Positions 29,701-44,200 of a stretch of DNA of 64,000 bases are shown here, piece by piece. The stretch lies in contig OZ059894.1 of the NCBI GenBank assembly GCA_964057225.1, forward strand, positions 22,072,001-22,136,000, in the 5' to 3' direction. The stretch's first letter is position 1; each line of letters opens with the position of its first letter. Under the pieces are notes generated by a model. It saw only the letters and a list, made by a program, of their open reading frames with translations. It was not told the DNA's origin and ran no database searches. Made by a program: the position numbers and the translations under genes. Source of the DNA: Auanema rhodensis (Eukaryota; Animalia; Nematoda).

Positions 29701-30470
29701 TTAATTTTTTCGTTGAATAACATTGTCCATCGTCTTTGCCTTGAAAAATGGAATCTAAAAACATCTACTTTTTGCTAAATTATCTTGAAATTTTTTGAAA
29801 AAATGTTTGTCAAAATGTTTTTGGAAGCAATGTTGAGTGTACATGGAAACTCAACACACACTAATGCATCATTTTTCAAACGATCATAACTAATTTGTGT
29901 ATTAAGCGTTTCTCAATGTAGTATAGTGCATTCGATGCGGATTTTTAAGCTGCGTCGATCTGTGTTATCAGATTTGCGCTAGCTTAAAAATGCACCGAGA
30001 TATCAACTGATATAAGTTTACACTTATATCCTCGATTTTCACCCTGAAGAATTAATTTTTTCGTTGAATAACATTGTCCATCGTCTTTGCCTTGAAAAAT
30101 GGAATCTAAAAACATCTACTGTTTGCTAAATTATTTTGAAATTTTTCGAAAAATTTTTTGTCAAAATGTTTTTGGAAGCAATGTTGAGTGTACATGGAAA
30201 CTCAACACACACTAATGCATCATTTTTCAAACGATCATAACTAATTTGTGTATTAAGCGTTTCTCAATGTAGTATAGTGCATTCGATGCGGATCTTTAAG
30301 CTGCGTCGATCTGTGTTATCAGATTTGCGCTAGCTTAAAAATGCACCGAGATATCAACTGATATAAGTTCACACTTATATCCTCGATTTTCACCCTGAAG
30401 AATTAATTTTTTCGTTGAATAACATTGTCCATCGTCTTTGCCTTAAAAAATGGAATCTAAAAACATCTAC
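14743..30470. repeat. Large tandem duplication of a 22-monomer (7708-bp) block; second copy expanded to 24 monomers
   Basis: ORF pairs 14727/22435, 16385/24093 and 17782/25490 are offset 7708; ACTAAATTT at ~17988/25696; AGTGGATTC at ~18725/26784 (8059); later pairs 19186/27589, 19888/28291 and 20934/29337 are offset 8403. Confidence 0.85.
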
Positions 30471-33400
30471 TTTTTGCTGAATTATTTTGAAATTTTTCGC
30501 AAAAATTTTTGTCAAAATGTTTTTGGAAGCAATGTTGAGTGTACATGGAAACTCAACATACACTAATGCATCATTTTTCAAACGATCATAACTAATTTTT
30601 GTATCAAACGTTTCTTAATGTAGTATAGTGCATTCGATGCGGATTTTTAAGCTGCGTCGATCTGTGTTATCAGATTTGCGCTAGCTTAAAAATGCACCGA
30701 GATATCAACTGATATAAGTTCACACTTATATCCTCGATTTTCACCCTGAAGAATTAATTTTTTCGTTGAATAACATTGTCCATCGTCTTTGCCTTAAAAA
30801 AAGGAATCTAAAAACATCTACTTTTTGCTAAATTATTTTGAAATTTTTCGAAAAAATTTTTGTCAAAATGTTTTTGGAAGCAATGTTGAGTGTACATGGA
30901 AACTCAACATACACTAATGCATCATTTTTCAAACGATCATAACTAATTTTTGTATCAAACGTTTCTTAATGTAGTATAGTGCATTCGATGCGGATTTTTA
31001 AGCTGCGTCGATCTGTGTTATCAGATTTGCGCTAGCTTAAAAATGCACCGAGATATCAACTGATATAAGTTCACACTTATATCCTCACCCTGAAGAATTA
31101 ATTTTTTCGTTGAATAACATTGTCCATCGTCTTTGCCTTAAAAAAAGGAATCTAAAAACATCTACTTTTTGCTAAATTATTTTGAAATTTTTCGAAAAAA
31201 TTTTTGTCAAAATGTTTTTGGAAGCAATGTTGAGTGTACATGGAAACTCAACATACACTAATGCATCATTTTTCAAACGATCATAACTAATTTTTGTATC
31301 AAACGTTTCTTGATGTAGTATAGTGCATTCGATGCGGATTTTTAAGCTGCGTCGATCTGTGTTATCAGATTTGCGCTAGCTTAAAAATGCACCGAGATAT
31401 CAACTGATATAAGTTCACACTTATATCCTCACCCTGAAGAATTAATTTTTTCGTTGAATAACATTGTCCATCGTCTTTGCCTTAAAAAAAGGAATCTAAA
31501 AACATCTACTTTTTGCTAAATTATTTTGAAATTTTTCGAAAAAATTTTTGTCAAAATGTTTTTGGAAGCAATGTTGAGTGTACATGGAAACTCAACATAC
31601 ACTAATGCATCATTTTTCAAACGATCATAACTAATTTTTGTATCAAACGTTTCTTAATGTAGTATAGTGCATTCGATGCGGATTTTTAAGCTGCGTCGAT
31701 CTGTGTTATCAGATTTGCGCTAGCTTAAAAATGCACCGAGATATCAACTGATATAAGTTTACACTTATATCCTCGATTTTCACCCTGAAGAATTAATTTT
31801 TTCGTTGAATAACATTGTCCATCGTCTTTGCCTTGAAAAATGGAATCTAAAAACATCTACTTTTTGCTAAATTATCTTGAAATTTTTTGAAAAAATGTTT
31901 GTCAAAATGTTTTTGGAAGCAATGTTGAGTGTACATGGAAACTCAACACACACTAATGCATCATTTTTCAAACGATCATAACTAATTTGTGTATTAAGCG
32001 TTTCTCAATGTAGTATAGTGCATTCGATGCGGATTTTTAAGCTGCGTCGATCTGTGTTATCAGATTTGCGCTAGCTTAAAAATGCACCGAGATATCAACT
32101 GATATAAGTTTACACTTATATCCTCGATTTTCACCCTGAAGAATTAATTTTTTCGTTGAATAACATTGTCCATCGTCTTTGCCTTGAAAAATGGAATCTA
32201 AAAACATCTACTGTTTGCTAAATTATCTTGAAATTTTTCGAAAAATTTTTTGTCAAAATGTTTTTGGAAGCAATGTTGAGTGTACATGGAAACTCAACAC
32301 ACACTAATGCATCATTTTTCAAACGATCATAACTAATTTGTGTATTAAGCGTTTCTCAATGTAGTATAGTGCATTCGATGCGGATCTTTAAGCTGCGTCG
32401 ATCTGTGTTATCAGATTTGCGCTAGCTTAAAAATGCACCGAGATATCAACTGATATAAGTTCACACTTATATCCTCGATTTTCACCCTGAAGAATTAATT
32501 TTTTCGTTGAATAACATTGTCCATCGTCTTTGCCTTAAAAAATGGAATCTAAAAACATCTACTTTTTGCTGAATTATTTTGAAATTTTTCGCAAAAATTT
32601 TTGTCAAAATGTTTTTGGAAGCAATGTTGAGTGTACATGGAAACTCAACATACACTAATGCATCATTTTTCAAACGATCATAACTAATTTTTGTATCAAA
32701 CGTTTCTTAATGTAGTATAGTGCATTCGATGCGGATTTTTAAGCTGCGTCGATCTGTGTTATCAGATTTGCGCTAGCTTAAAAATGCACCGAGATATCAA
32801 CTGATATAAGTTCACACTTATATCCTCGATTTTCACCCTGAAGAATTAATTTTTTCGTTGAATAACATTGTCCATCGTCTTTGCCTTAAAAAAAGGAATC
32901 TAAAAACATCTACTTTTTGCTAAATTATTTTGAAATTTTTCGAAAAAATTTTTGTCAAAATGTTTTTGGAAGCAATGTTGAGTGTACATGGAAACTCAAC
33001 ATACACTAATGCATCATTTTTCAAACGATCATAACTAATTTTTGTATCAAACGTTTCTTAATGTAGTATAGTGCATTCGATGCGGATTTTTAAGCTGCGT
33101 CGATCTGTGTTATCAGATTTGCGCTAGCTTAAAAATGCACCGAGATATCAACTGATATAAGTTCACACTTATATCCTCACCCTGAAGAATTAATTTTTTC
33201 GTTGAATAACATTGTCCATCGTCTTTGCCTTAAAAAAAGGAATCTAAAAACATCTACTTTTTGCTAAATTATTTTGAAATTTTTCGAAAAAATTTTTGTC
33301 AAAATGTTTTTGGAAGCAATGTTGAGTGTACATGGAAACTCAACATACACTAATGCATCATTTTTCAAACGATCATAACTAATTTTTGTATCAAACGTTT

Positions 33401-36400
33401 CTTAATGTAGTATAGTGCATTCGATGCGGATTTTTAAGCTGCGTCGATCTGTGTTATCAGATTTGCGCTAGCTTAAAAATGCACCGAGATATCAACTGAT
33501 ATAAGTTCACACTTATATCCTCGATTTTCACCCTGAAGAATTAATTTTTTCGTTGAATAACATTGTCCATCGTCTTTGCCTTGAAAAAAGGAATCTAAAA
33601 ACATCTACTTTTTGCTGAATTATTTTGAAATTTTTCGCAAAAATTTTTGTCAAAATGTTTTTGGAAGCAATGTTGAGTGTACATGGAAACTCAACATACA
33701 CTAATGCATCATTTTTCAAACGATCATAACTAATTTTTGTATTAAGCGTTTCTCAATGTAGTATAGTGCATTCGATGCGGATTTTTAAGCTGCGTCGATC
33801 TGTGTTATCAGATTTGCGCTAGCTTAAAAATGCACCGAGATATCAACTGATATAAGTTTACACTTATATCCTCGATTTTCACCCTGAAGAATTAATTTTT
33901 TCGTTGAATAACATTGTCCATCGTCTTTGCCTTGAAAAATGGAATCTAAAAACATCTACTTTTTGCTAAATTATCTTGAAATTTTTTGAAAAAATGTTTG
34001 TCAAAATGTTTTTGGAAGCAATGTTGAGTGTACATGGAAACTCAACACACACTAATGCATCATTTTTCAAACGATCATAACTAATTTGTGTATTAAGCGT
34101 TTCTCAATGTAGTATAGTGCATTCGATGCGGATTTTTAAGCTGCGTCGATCTGTGTTATCAAATTTGCGCTAGCTTAAAAATGCACCGAGATATCAACTG
34201 ATATAAGTTCACACTTATATCCTCACCCTGAAGAATTAATTTTTTCGTTGAATAACATTGTCCATCGTCTTTGCCTTAAAAAAAGGAATCTAAAAACATC
34301 TACTTTTTGCTAAATTATTTTGAAATTTTTCGAAAAAATTTTTGTCAAAATGTTTTTGGAAGCAATGTTGAGTGTACATGGAAACTCAACATACACTAAT
34401 GCATCATTTTTCAAACGATCATAACTAATTTTTGTATCAAACGTTTCTTAATGTAGTATAGTGCATTCGATGCGGATTTTTAAGCTGCGTCGATCTGTGT
34501 TATCAGATTTGCGCTAGCTTAAAAATGCACCGAGATATCAACTGATATAAGTTCACACTTATATCCTCACCCTGAAGAATTAATTTTTTCGTTGAATAAC
34601 ATTGTCCATCGTCTTTGCCTTAAAAAAAGGAATCTAAAAACATCTACTTTTTGCTAAATTATTTTGAAATTTTTCGAAAAAATTTTTGTCAAAATGTTTT
34701 TGGAAGCAATGTTGAGTGTACATGGAAACTCAACATACACTAATGCATCATTTTTCAAACGATCATAACTAATTTTTGTATCAAACGTTTCTTAATGTAG
34801 TATAGTGCATTCGATGCGGATTTTTAAGCTGCGTCGATCTGTGTTATCAGATTTGCGCTAGCTTAAAAATGCACCGAGATATCAACTGATATAAGTTCAC
34901 ACTTATATCCTCACCCTGAAGAATTAATTTTTTCGTTGAATAACATTGTCCATCGTCTTTGCCTTAAAAAAAGGAATCTAAAAACATCTACTTTTTGCTA
35001 AATTATTTTGAAATTTTTCGAAAAAATTTTTGTCAAAATGTTTTTGGAAGCAATGTTGAGTGTACATGGAAACTCAACATACACTAATGCATCATTTTTC
35101 AAACGATCATAACTAATTTTTGTATCAAACGTTTCTTAATGTAGTATAGTGCATTCGATGCGGATTTTTAAGCTGCGTCGATCTGTGTTATCAGATTTGC
35201 GCTAGCTTAAAAATGCACCGAGATATCAACTGATATAAGTTTACACTTATATCCTCGATTTTCACCCTGAAGAATTAATTTTTTCGTTGAATAACATTGT
35301 CCATCGTCTTTGCCTTGAAAAATGGAATCTAAAAACATCTACTTTTTGCTAAATTATCTTGAAATTTTTTGAAAAAATGTTTGTCAAAATGTTTTTGGAA
35401 GCAATGTTGAGTGTACATGGAAACTCAACACACACTAATGCATCATTTTTCAAACGATCATAACTAATTTGTGTATTAAGCGTTTCTCAATGTAGTATAG
35501 TGCATTCGATGCGGATTTTTAAGCTGCGTCGATCTGTGTTATCAGATTTGCGCTAGCTTAAAAATGCACCGAGATATCAACTGATATAAGTTTACACTTA
35601 TATCCTCGATTTTCACCCTGAAGAATTAATTTTTTCGTTGAATAACATTGTCCATCGTCTTTGCCTTGAAAAATGGAATCTAAAAACATCTACTGTTTGC
35701 TAAATTATTTTGAAATTTTTCGAAAAATTTTTTGTCAAAATGTTTTTGGAAGCAATGTTGAGTGTACATGGAAACTCAACACACACTAATGCATCATTTT
35801 TCAAACGATCATAACTAATTTGTGTATTAAGCGTTTCTCAATGTAGTATAGTGCATTCGATGCGGATCTTTAAGCTGCGTCGATCTGTGTTATCAGATTT
35901 GCGCTAGCTTAAAAATGCACCGAGATATCAACTGATATAAGTTCACACTTATATCCTCGATTTTCACCCTGAAGAATTAATTTTTTCGTTGAATAACATT
36001 GTCCATCGTCTTTGCCTTAAAAAATGGAATCTAAAAACATCTACTTTTTGCTGAATTATTTTGAAATTTTTCGCAAAAATTTTTGTCAAAATGTTTTTGG
36101 AAGCAATGTTGAGTGTACATGGAAACTCAACATACACTAATGCATCATTTTTCAAACGATCATAACTAATTTTTGTATCAAACGTTTCTTAATGTAGTAT
36201 AGTGCATTCGATGCGGATTTTTAAGCTGCGTCGATCTGTGTTATCAGATTTGCGCTAGCTTAAAAATGCACCGAGATATCAACTGATATAAGTTCACACT
36301 TATATCCTCGATTTTCACCCTGAAGAATTAATTTTTTCGTTGAATAACATTGTCCATCGTCTTTGCCTTAAAAAAAGGAATCTAAAAACATCTACTTTTT

Positions 36401-36660
36401 GCTAAATTATTTTGAAATTTTTCGAAAAAATTTTTGTCAAAATGTTTTTGGAAGCAATGTTGAGTGTACATGGAAACTCAACATACACTAATGCATCATT
36501 TTTCAAACGATCATAACTAATTTTTGTATCAAACGTTTCTTAATGTAGTATAGTGCATTCGATGCGGATTTTTAAGCTGCGTCGATCTGTGTTATCAGAT
36601 TTGCGCTAGCTTAAAAATGCACCGAGATATCAACTGATATAAGTTCACACTTATATCCTC
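17432..36660. repeat. Region containing all twelve 344-bp deletion monomers
   Basis: ATATCCTC|ACCCTG junction (loss of GATTTTC) at 17432, 20584, 25140, 27239, 28987, 31086, 31430, 33178, 34224, 34568, 34912 and 36660. Confidence 0.96.
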
Positions 36661-39600
36661 ACCCTGAAGAATTAATTTTTTCGTTGAATAACATTGTCCA
36701 TCGTCTTTGCCTTAAAAAAAGGAATCTAAAAACATCTACTTTTTGCTAAATTATTTTGAAATTTTTCGAAAAAATTTTTGTCAAAATGTTTTTGGAAGCA
36801 ATGTTGAGTGTACATGGAAACTCAACATACACTAATGCATCATTTTTCAAACGATCATAACTAATTTTTGTATCAAACGTTTCTTAATGTAGTATAGTGC
36901 ATTCGATGCGGATTTTTAAGCTGCGTCGATCTGTGTTATCAGATTTGCGCTAGCTTAAAAATGCACCGAGATATCAACTGATATAAGTTCACACTTATAT
37001 CCTCGATTTTCACCCTGAAGAATTAATTTTTTCGTTGAATAACATTGTCCATCGTCTTTGCCTTGAAAAAAGGAATCTAAAAACATCTACTTTTTGCTGA
37101 ATTATTTTGAAATTTTTCGCAAAAATTTTTGTCAAAATGTTTTTGGAAGCAATGTTGAGTGTACATGGAAACTCAACATACACTAATGCATCATTTTTCA
37201 AACGATCATAACTAATTTTTGTATTAAGCGTTTCTCAATGTAGTATAGTGCATTCGATGCGGATTTTTAAGCTGCGTCGATCTGTGTTATCAGATTTGCG
37301 CTAGCTTAAAAATGCACCGAGATATCAACTGATATAAGTTTACACTTATATCCTCGATTTTCACCCTGAAGAATTAATTTTTTCGTTGAATAACATTGTC
37401 CATCGTCTTTGCCTTGAAAAATGGAATCTAAAAACATCTACTTTTTGCTAAATTATCTTGAAATTTTTTGAAAAAATGTTTGTCAAAATGTTTTTGGAAG
37501 CAATGTTGAGTGTACATGGAAACTCAACACACACTAATGCATCATTTTTCAAACGATCATAACTAATTTGTGTATTAAGCGTTTCTCAATGTAGTATAGT
37601 GCATTCGATGCGGATTTTTAAGCTGCGTCGATCTGTGTTATCAGATTTGCGCTAGCTTAAAAATGCACCGAGATATCAACTGATATAAGTTTACACTTAT
37701 ATCCTCGATTTTCACCCTGAAGAATTAATTTTTTCGTTGAATAACATTGTCCATCGTCTTTGCCTTGAAAAATGGAATCTAAAAACATCTACTGTTTGCT
37801 AAATTATTTTGAAATTTTTCGAAAAAATTTTTGTCAAAATGTTTTTGGAAGCAATGTTGAGTGTACATGGAAACTCAACACACACTAATGCATCATTTTT
37901 CAAACGATCATAACTAATTTGTGTATTAAGCGTTTCTCAATGTAGTATAGTGCATTCGATGCGGATCTTTAAGCTGCGTCGATCTGTGTTATCAGATTTG
38001 CGCTAGCTTAAAAATGCACCGAGATATCAACTGATATAAGTTCACACTTATATCCTCGATTTTCACCCTGAAGAATTAATTTTTTCGTTGAATAACATTG
38101 TCCATCGTCTTTGCCTTAAAAAATGGAATCTAAAAACATCTACTTTTTGCTAAATTATTTTGAAATTTTTCGAAAAAATTTTTGTCAAAATGTTTTTGGA
38201 AGCAATGTTGAGTGTACATGGAAACTCAACACACACTAATGCATCATTTTTCAAACGATCATAACTAATTTGTGTATTAAGCGTTTCTTAATGTAGTATA
38301 GTGCATTCGATGCGGATTTTTAAGCTGCGTCGATCTGTGTTATCAGATTTGCGCTAGCTTAAAAATGCACCGAGATATCAACTGATATAAGTTCACACTT
38401 ATATCCTCGATTTTCACCCTGAAGAATTAATTTTTTCGTTGAATAACATTGTCCATCGTCTTTGCCTTGAAAAAAGGAATCTAAAAACATCTACTTTTTG
38501 CTGAATTATTTTGAAATTTTTCGCAAAAATTTTTGTCAAAATGTTTTTGGAAGCAATGTTGAGTGTACATGGAAACTCAACATACACTAATGCATCATTT
38601 TTCAAACGATCATAACTAATTTTTGTATTAAGCGTTTCTCAATGTAGTATAGTGCATTCGATGCGGATTTTTAAGCTGCGTCGATCTGTGTTATCAGATT
38701 TGCGCTAGCTTAAAAATGCACCGAGATATCAACTGATATAAGTTTACACTTATATCCTCGATTTTCACCCTGAAGAATTAATTTTTTCGTTGAATAACAT
38801 TGTCCATCGTCTTTGCCTTGAAAAATGGAATCTAAAAACATCTACTTTTTGCTAAATTATTTTGAAATTTTTTGAAAAAATGTTTGTCAAAATGTTTTTG
38901 GAAGCAATGTTGAGTGTACATGGAAACTCAACACACACTAATGCATCATTTTTCAAACGATCATAACTAATTTGTGTATTAAGCGTTTCTCAATGTAGTA
39001 TAGTGCATTCGATGCGGATTTTTAAGCTGCGTCGATCTGTGTTATCAGATTTGCGCTAGCTTAAAAATGCACCGAGATATCAACTGATATAAGTTTACAC
39101 TTATATCCTCGATTTTCACCCTGAAGAATTAATTTTTTCGTTGAATAACATTGTCCATCGTCTTTGCCTTGAAAAATGGAATCTAAAAACATCTACTGTT
39201 TGCTAAATTATTTTGAAATTTTTCGAAAAAATTTTTGTCAAAATGTTTTTGGAAGCAATGTTGAGTGTACATGGAAACTCAACACACACTAATGCATCAT
39301 TTTTCAAACGATCATAACTAATTTGTGTATTAAGCGTTTCTCAATGTAGTATAGTGCATTCGATGCGGATCTTTAAGCTGCGTCGATCTGTGTTATCAGA
39401 TTTGCGCTAGCTTAAAAATGCACCGAGATATCAACTGATATAAGTTCACACTTATATCCTCGATTTTCACCCTGAAGAATTAATTTTTTCGTTGAATAAC
39501 ATTGTCCATCGTCTTTGCCTTAAAAAATGGAATCTAAAAACATCTACTTTTTGCTAAATTATTTTGAAATTTTTCGAAAAAATTTTTGTCAAAATGTTTT

Positions 39601-39690
39601 TGGAAGCAATGTTGAGTGTACATGGAAACTCAACACACACTAATGCATCATTTTTCAAACGATCATAACTAATTTGTGTATTAAGCGTTT
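27950..39690. repeat. Irregular ~6-monomer (2099-bp) higher-order repeat series ending in a 4-monomer duplication
   Basis: TACTGTTT marker at ~28022, 30121, 32213, 35695, 37794 and 39198 (spacings 2099, 2092, 3482, 2099, 1404), each followed by a GGATCTTT monomer. Confidence 0.82.
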
Positions 39691-41269
39691 CTCAATGTAG
39701 TATAGTGCATTCGATGCGGATCTTTAAGCTGCGTCGATCTGTGTTATCAGATTTGCGCTAGCTTAAAAATGCACCGAGATATCAACTGATATAAGTTCAC
39801 ACTTATATCCTCGATTTTCACCCTGAAGAATTAATTTTTTCGTTGAATAACATTGTCCATCGTCTTTGCCTTAAAAAATGGAATCTAAAAACATCTACTT
39901 TTTGCTAAATTATTTTGAAATTTTTCGAAAAAATTTTTGTCAAAATGTTTTTGGAAGCAATGTTGAGTGTACATGGAAACTCAACACACACTAATGCATC
40001 ATTTTTCAAACGATCATAACTAATTTGTGTATTAAGCGTTTCTCAATGTAGTATAGTGCATTCGATGCGGATTTTTAAGCTGCGTCGATCTGTGTTATCA
40101 GATTTGCGCTAGCTTAAAAATGCACCGAGATATCAACTGATATAAGTTCACACTTATATCCTCGATTTTCACCCTGAAGAATTAATTTTTTCGTTGAATA
40201 ACATTGTCCATCGTCTTTGCCTTGAAAAAAGAAATCTAAAAACATCTACTTTTTGCTAAATTATTTTGAAATTTTTCGAAAAAATTTTTGTCAAAATGTT
40301 TTTGGAAGCAATGTTGAGTGTACATGGAAACTCAACATACACTAATGCATCATTTTTCAAACGATCATAACTAATTTTTGTATTAAGCGTTTCTCAATGT
40401 AGTATAGTGCATTCGATGCGGATTTTTAAGCTGCGTCGATCTGTGTTATCAGATTTGCGCTAGCTTAAAAATGCACCGAGATATCAACTGATATAAGTTC
40501 ACACTTATATCCTCGATTTTCACCCTGAAGAATTAATTTTTTCGTTGAATAACATTGTCCATCGTCTTTGCCTTAAAAAAAGGAATCTAAAAACATCTAC
40601 TTTTTGCTAAATTATTTTGAAATTTTTCGAAAAAATTTTTGTCAAAATGTTTTTGGAAGCAATGTTGAGTGTACATGGAAACTCAACATACACTAATGCA
40701 TCATTTTTCAAACGATCATAACTAATTTGTGTATTAAGCGTTTCTTGATGTAGTATAGTGCATTCGATGCGGATTTTTAAGCTGCGTCGATCTGTGTTAT
40801 CAGATTTGCGCTAGCTTAAAAATGCACCGAGATATCAACTGATATAAGTTCACACTTATATCCTCGATTTTCACCCTGAAGAATTAATTTTTTCGTTGAA
40901 TAACATTGTCCATCGTCTTTGCCTTAAAAAATGGAATCTAAAAACATCTACTTTTTGCTAAATTATTTTGAAATTTTTCGAAAAAATTTTTGTCAAAATG
41001 TTTTTGGAAGCAATGTTGAGTGTACATGGAAACTCAACATACACTAATGCATCATTTTTCAAACGATCATAACTAATTTGTGTATTAAGCGTTTCTTGAT
41101 GTAGTATAGTGCATTCGATGCGGATCTTTAAGCTGCGTCGATCTGTGTTATCAGATTTGCGCTAGCTTAAAAATGCACCGAGATATCAACTGATATAAGT
41201 TCACACTTATATCCTCGATTTTCACCCTGAAGAATTAATTTTTTCGTTGAATAACATTGTCCATCGTCT

Positions 41270-44200
41270 TTGCCTTGAAAAAAGAAATCTAAAAACATCT
41301 ACTTTTTGCTAAATTATTTTGAAATTTTTCGAAAAAATTTTTGTCAAAATGTTTTTGGAAGCAATGTTGAGTGTACATGGAAACTCAACATACACTAATG
41401 CATCATTTTTCAAACGATCATAACTAATTTTTGTATTAAGCGTTTCTCAATGTAGTATAGTGCATTCGATGCGGATTTTTAAGCTGCGTCGATCTGTGTT
41501 ATCAGATTTGCGCTAGCTTAAAAATGCACCGAGATATCAACTGATATAAGTTCACACTTATATCCTCGATTTTCACCCTGAAGAATTAATTTTTTCGTTG
41601 AATAACATTGTCCATCGTCTTTGCCTTAAAAAAAGGAATCTAAAAACATCTACTTTTTGCTAAATTATTTTGAAATTTTTCGAAAAAATTTTTGTCAAAA
41701 TGTTTTTGGAAGCAATGTTGAGTGTACATGGAAACTCAACATACACTAATGCATCATTTTTCAAACGATCATAACTAATTTTTGTATTAAGCGTTTCTCA
41801 ATGTAGTATAGTGCATTCGATGCGGATTTTTAAGCTGCGTCGATCTGTGTTATCAGATTTGCGCTAGCTTAAAAATGCACCGAGATATCAACTGATATAA
41901 GTTCACACTTATATCCTCGATTTTCACCCTGAAGAATTATTTTTTTCGTTGAATAACATTGTCCATCGTCTTTGCCTTAAAAAAAGGAATCTAAAAACAT
42001 CTACTTTTTGCTAAATTATTTTGAAATTTTTCGAAAAAATTTTTGTCAAAATGTTTTTGGAAGCAATGTTGAGTGTACATGGAAACTCAACATACACTAA
42101 TGCATCATTTTTCAAACGATCATAACTAATTTGTGTATTAAGCGTTTCTTGATGTAGTATAGTGCATTCGATGCGGATTTTTAAGCTGCGTCGATCTGTG
42201 TTATCAGATTTGCGCTAGCTTAAAAATGCACCGAGATATCAACTGATATAAGTTCACACTTATATCCTCGATTTTCACCCTGAAGAATTAATTTTTTCGT
42301 TGAATAACATTGTCCATCGTCTTTGCCTTAAAAAATGGAATCTAAAAACATCTACTTTTTGCTAAATTATTTTGAAATTTTTCGAAAAAATTTTTGTCAA
42401 AATGTTTTTGGAAGCAATGTTGAGTGTACATGGAAACTCAACATACACTAATGCATCATTTTTCAAACGATCATAACTAATTTGTGTATTAAGCGTTTCT
42501 TGATGTAGTATAGTGCATTCGATGCGGATCTTTAAGCTGCGTCGATCTGTGTTATCAGATTTGCGCTAGCTTAAAAATGCACCGAGATATCAACTGATAT
42601 AAGTTCACACTTATATCCTCGATTTTCACCCTGAAGAATTAATTTTTTCGTTGAATAACATTGTCCATCGTCTTTGCCTTAAAAAATGGAATCTAAAAAC
42701 ATCTACTTTTTGCTAAATTATTTTGAAATTTTTCGAAAAAATTTTTGTCAAAATGTTTTTGGAAGCAATGTTGAGTGTACATGGAAACTCAACACACACT
42801 AATGCATCATTTTTCAAACGATCATAACTAATTTGTGTATTAAGCGTTTCTCAATGTAGTATAGTGCATTCGATGCGGATTTTTAAGCTGCGTCGATCTG
42901 TGTTATCAGATTTGCGCTAGCTTAAAAATGCACCGAGATATCAACTGATATAAGTTCACACTTATATCCTCGATTTTCACCCTGAAGAATTAATTTTTTC
43001 GTTGAATAACATTGTCCATCGTCTTTGCCTTGAAAAAAGAAATCTAAAAACATCTACTTTTTGCTAAATTATTTTGAAATTTTTCGAAAAAATTTTTGTC
43101 AAAATGTTTTTGGAAGCAATGTTGAGTGTACATGGAAACTCAACATACACTAATGCATCATTTTTCAAACGATCATAACTAATTTTTGTATTAAGCGTTT
43201 CTCAATGTAGTATAGTGCATTCGATGCGGATTTTTAAGCTGCGTCGATCTGTGTTATCAGATTTGCGCTAGCTTAAAAATGCACCGAGATATCAACTGAT
43301 ATAAGTTCACACTTATATCCTCGATTTTCACCCTGAAGAATTAATTTTTTCGTTGAATAACATTGTCCATCGTCTTTGCCTTAAAAAAAGGAATCTAAAA
43401 ACATCTACTTTTTGCTAAATTATTTTGAAATTTTTCGAAAAAATTTTTGTCAAAATGTTTTTGGAAGCAATGTTGAGTGTACATGGAAACTCAACATACA
43501 CTAATGCATCATTTTTCAAACGATCATAACTAATTTTTGTATTAAGCGTTTCTCAATGTAGTATAGTGCATTCGATGCGGATTTTTAAGCTGCGTCGATC
43601 TGTGTTATCAGATTTGCGCTAGCTTAAAAATGCACCGAGATATCAACTGATATAAGTTCACACTTATATCCTCGATTTTCACCCTGAAGAATTATTTTTT
43701 TCGTTGAATAACATTGTCCATCGTCTTTGCCTTAAAAAAAGGAATCTAAAAACATCTACTTTTTGCTAAATTATTTTGAAATTTTTCGAAAAAATTTTTG
43801 TCAAAATGTTTTTGGAAGCAATGTTGAGTGTACATGGAAACTCAACATACACTAATGCATCATTTTTCAAACGATCATAACTAATTTGTGTATTAAGCGT
43901 TTCTTGATGTAGTATAGTGCATTCGATGCGGATTTTTAAGCTGCGTCGATCTGTGTTATCAGATTTGCGCTAGCTTAAAAATGCACCGAGATATCAACTG
44001 ATATAAGTTCACACTTATATCCTCGATTTTCACCCTGAAGAATTAATTTTTTCGTTGAATAACATTGTCCATCGTCTTTGCCTTAAAAAATGGAATCTAA
44101 AAACATCTACTTTTTGCTAAATTATTTTGAAATTTTTCGAAAAAATTTTTGTCAAAATGTTTTTGGAAGCAATGTTGAGTGTACATGGAAACTCAACATA

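Noticed and set aside
590-38605. Recurrent 63-aa minus-strand ORF (MKNDALV...NSSG)
   Set aside because: It is open only in monomers with A328G (GCTGAA; removes a minus-strand TAG). Most monomers have the stop and none after 38.6 kb is open. It begins at TTG, is F/K/I/N-rich from A/T tracts and has no recognisable domain.
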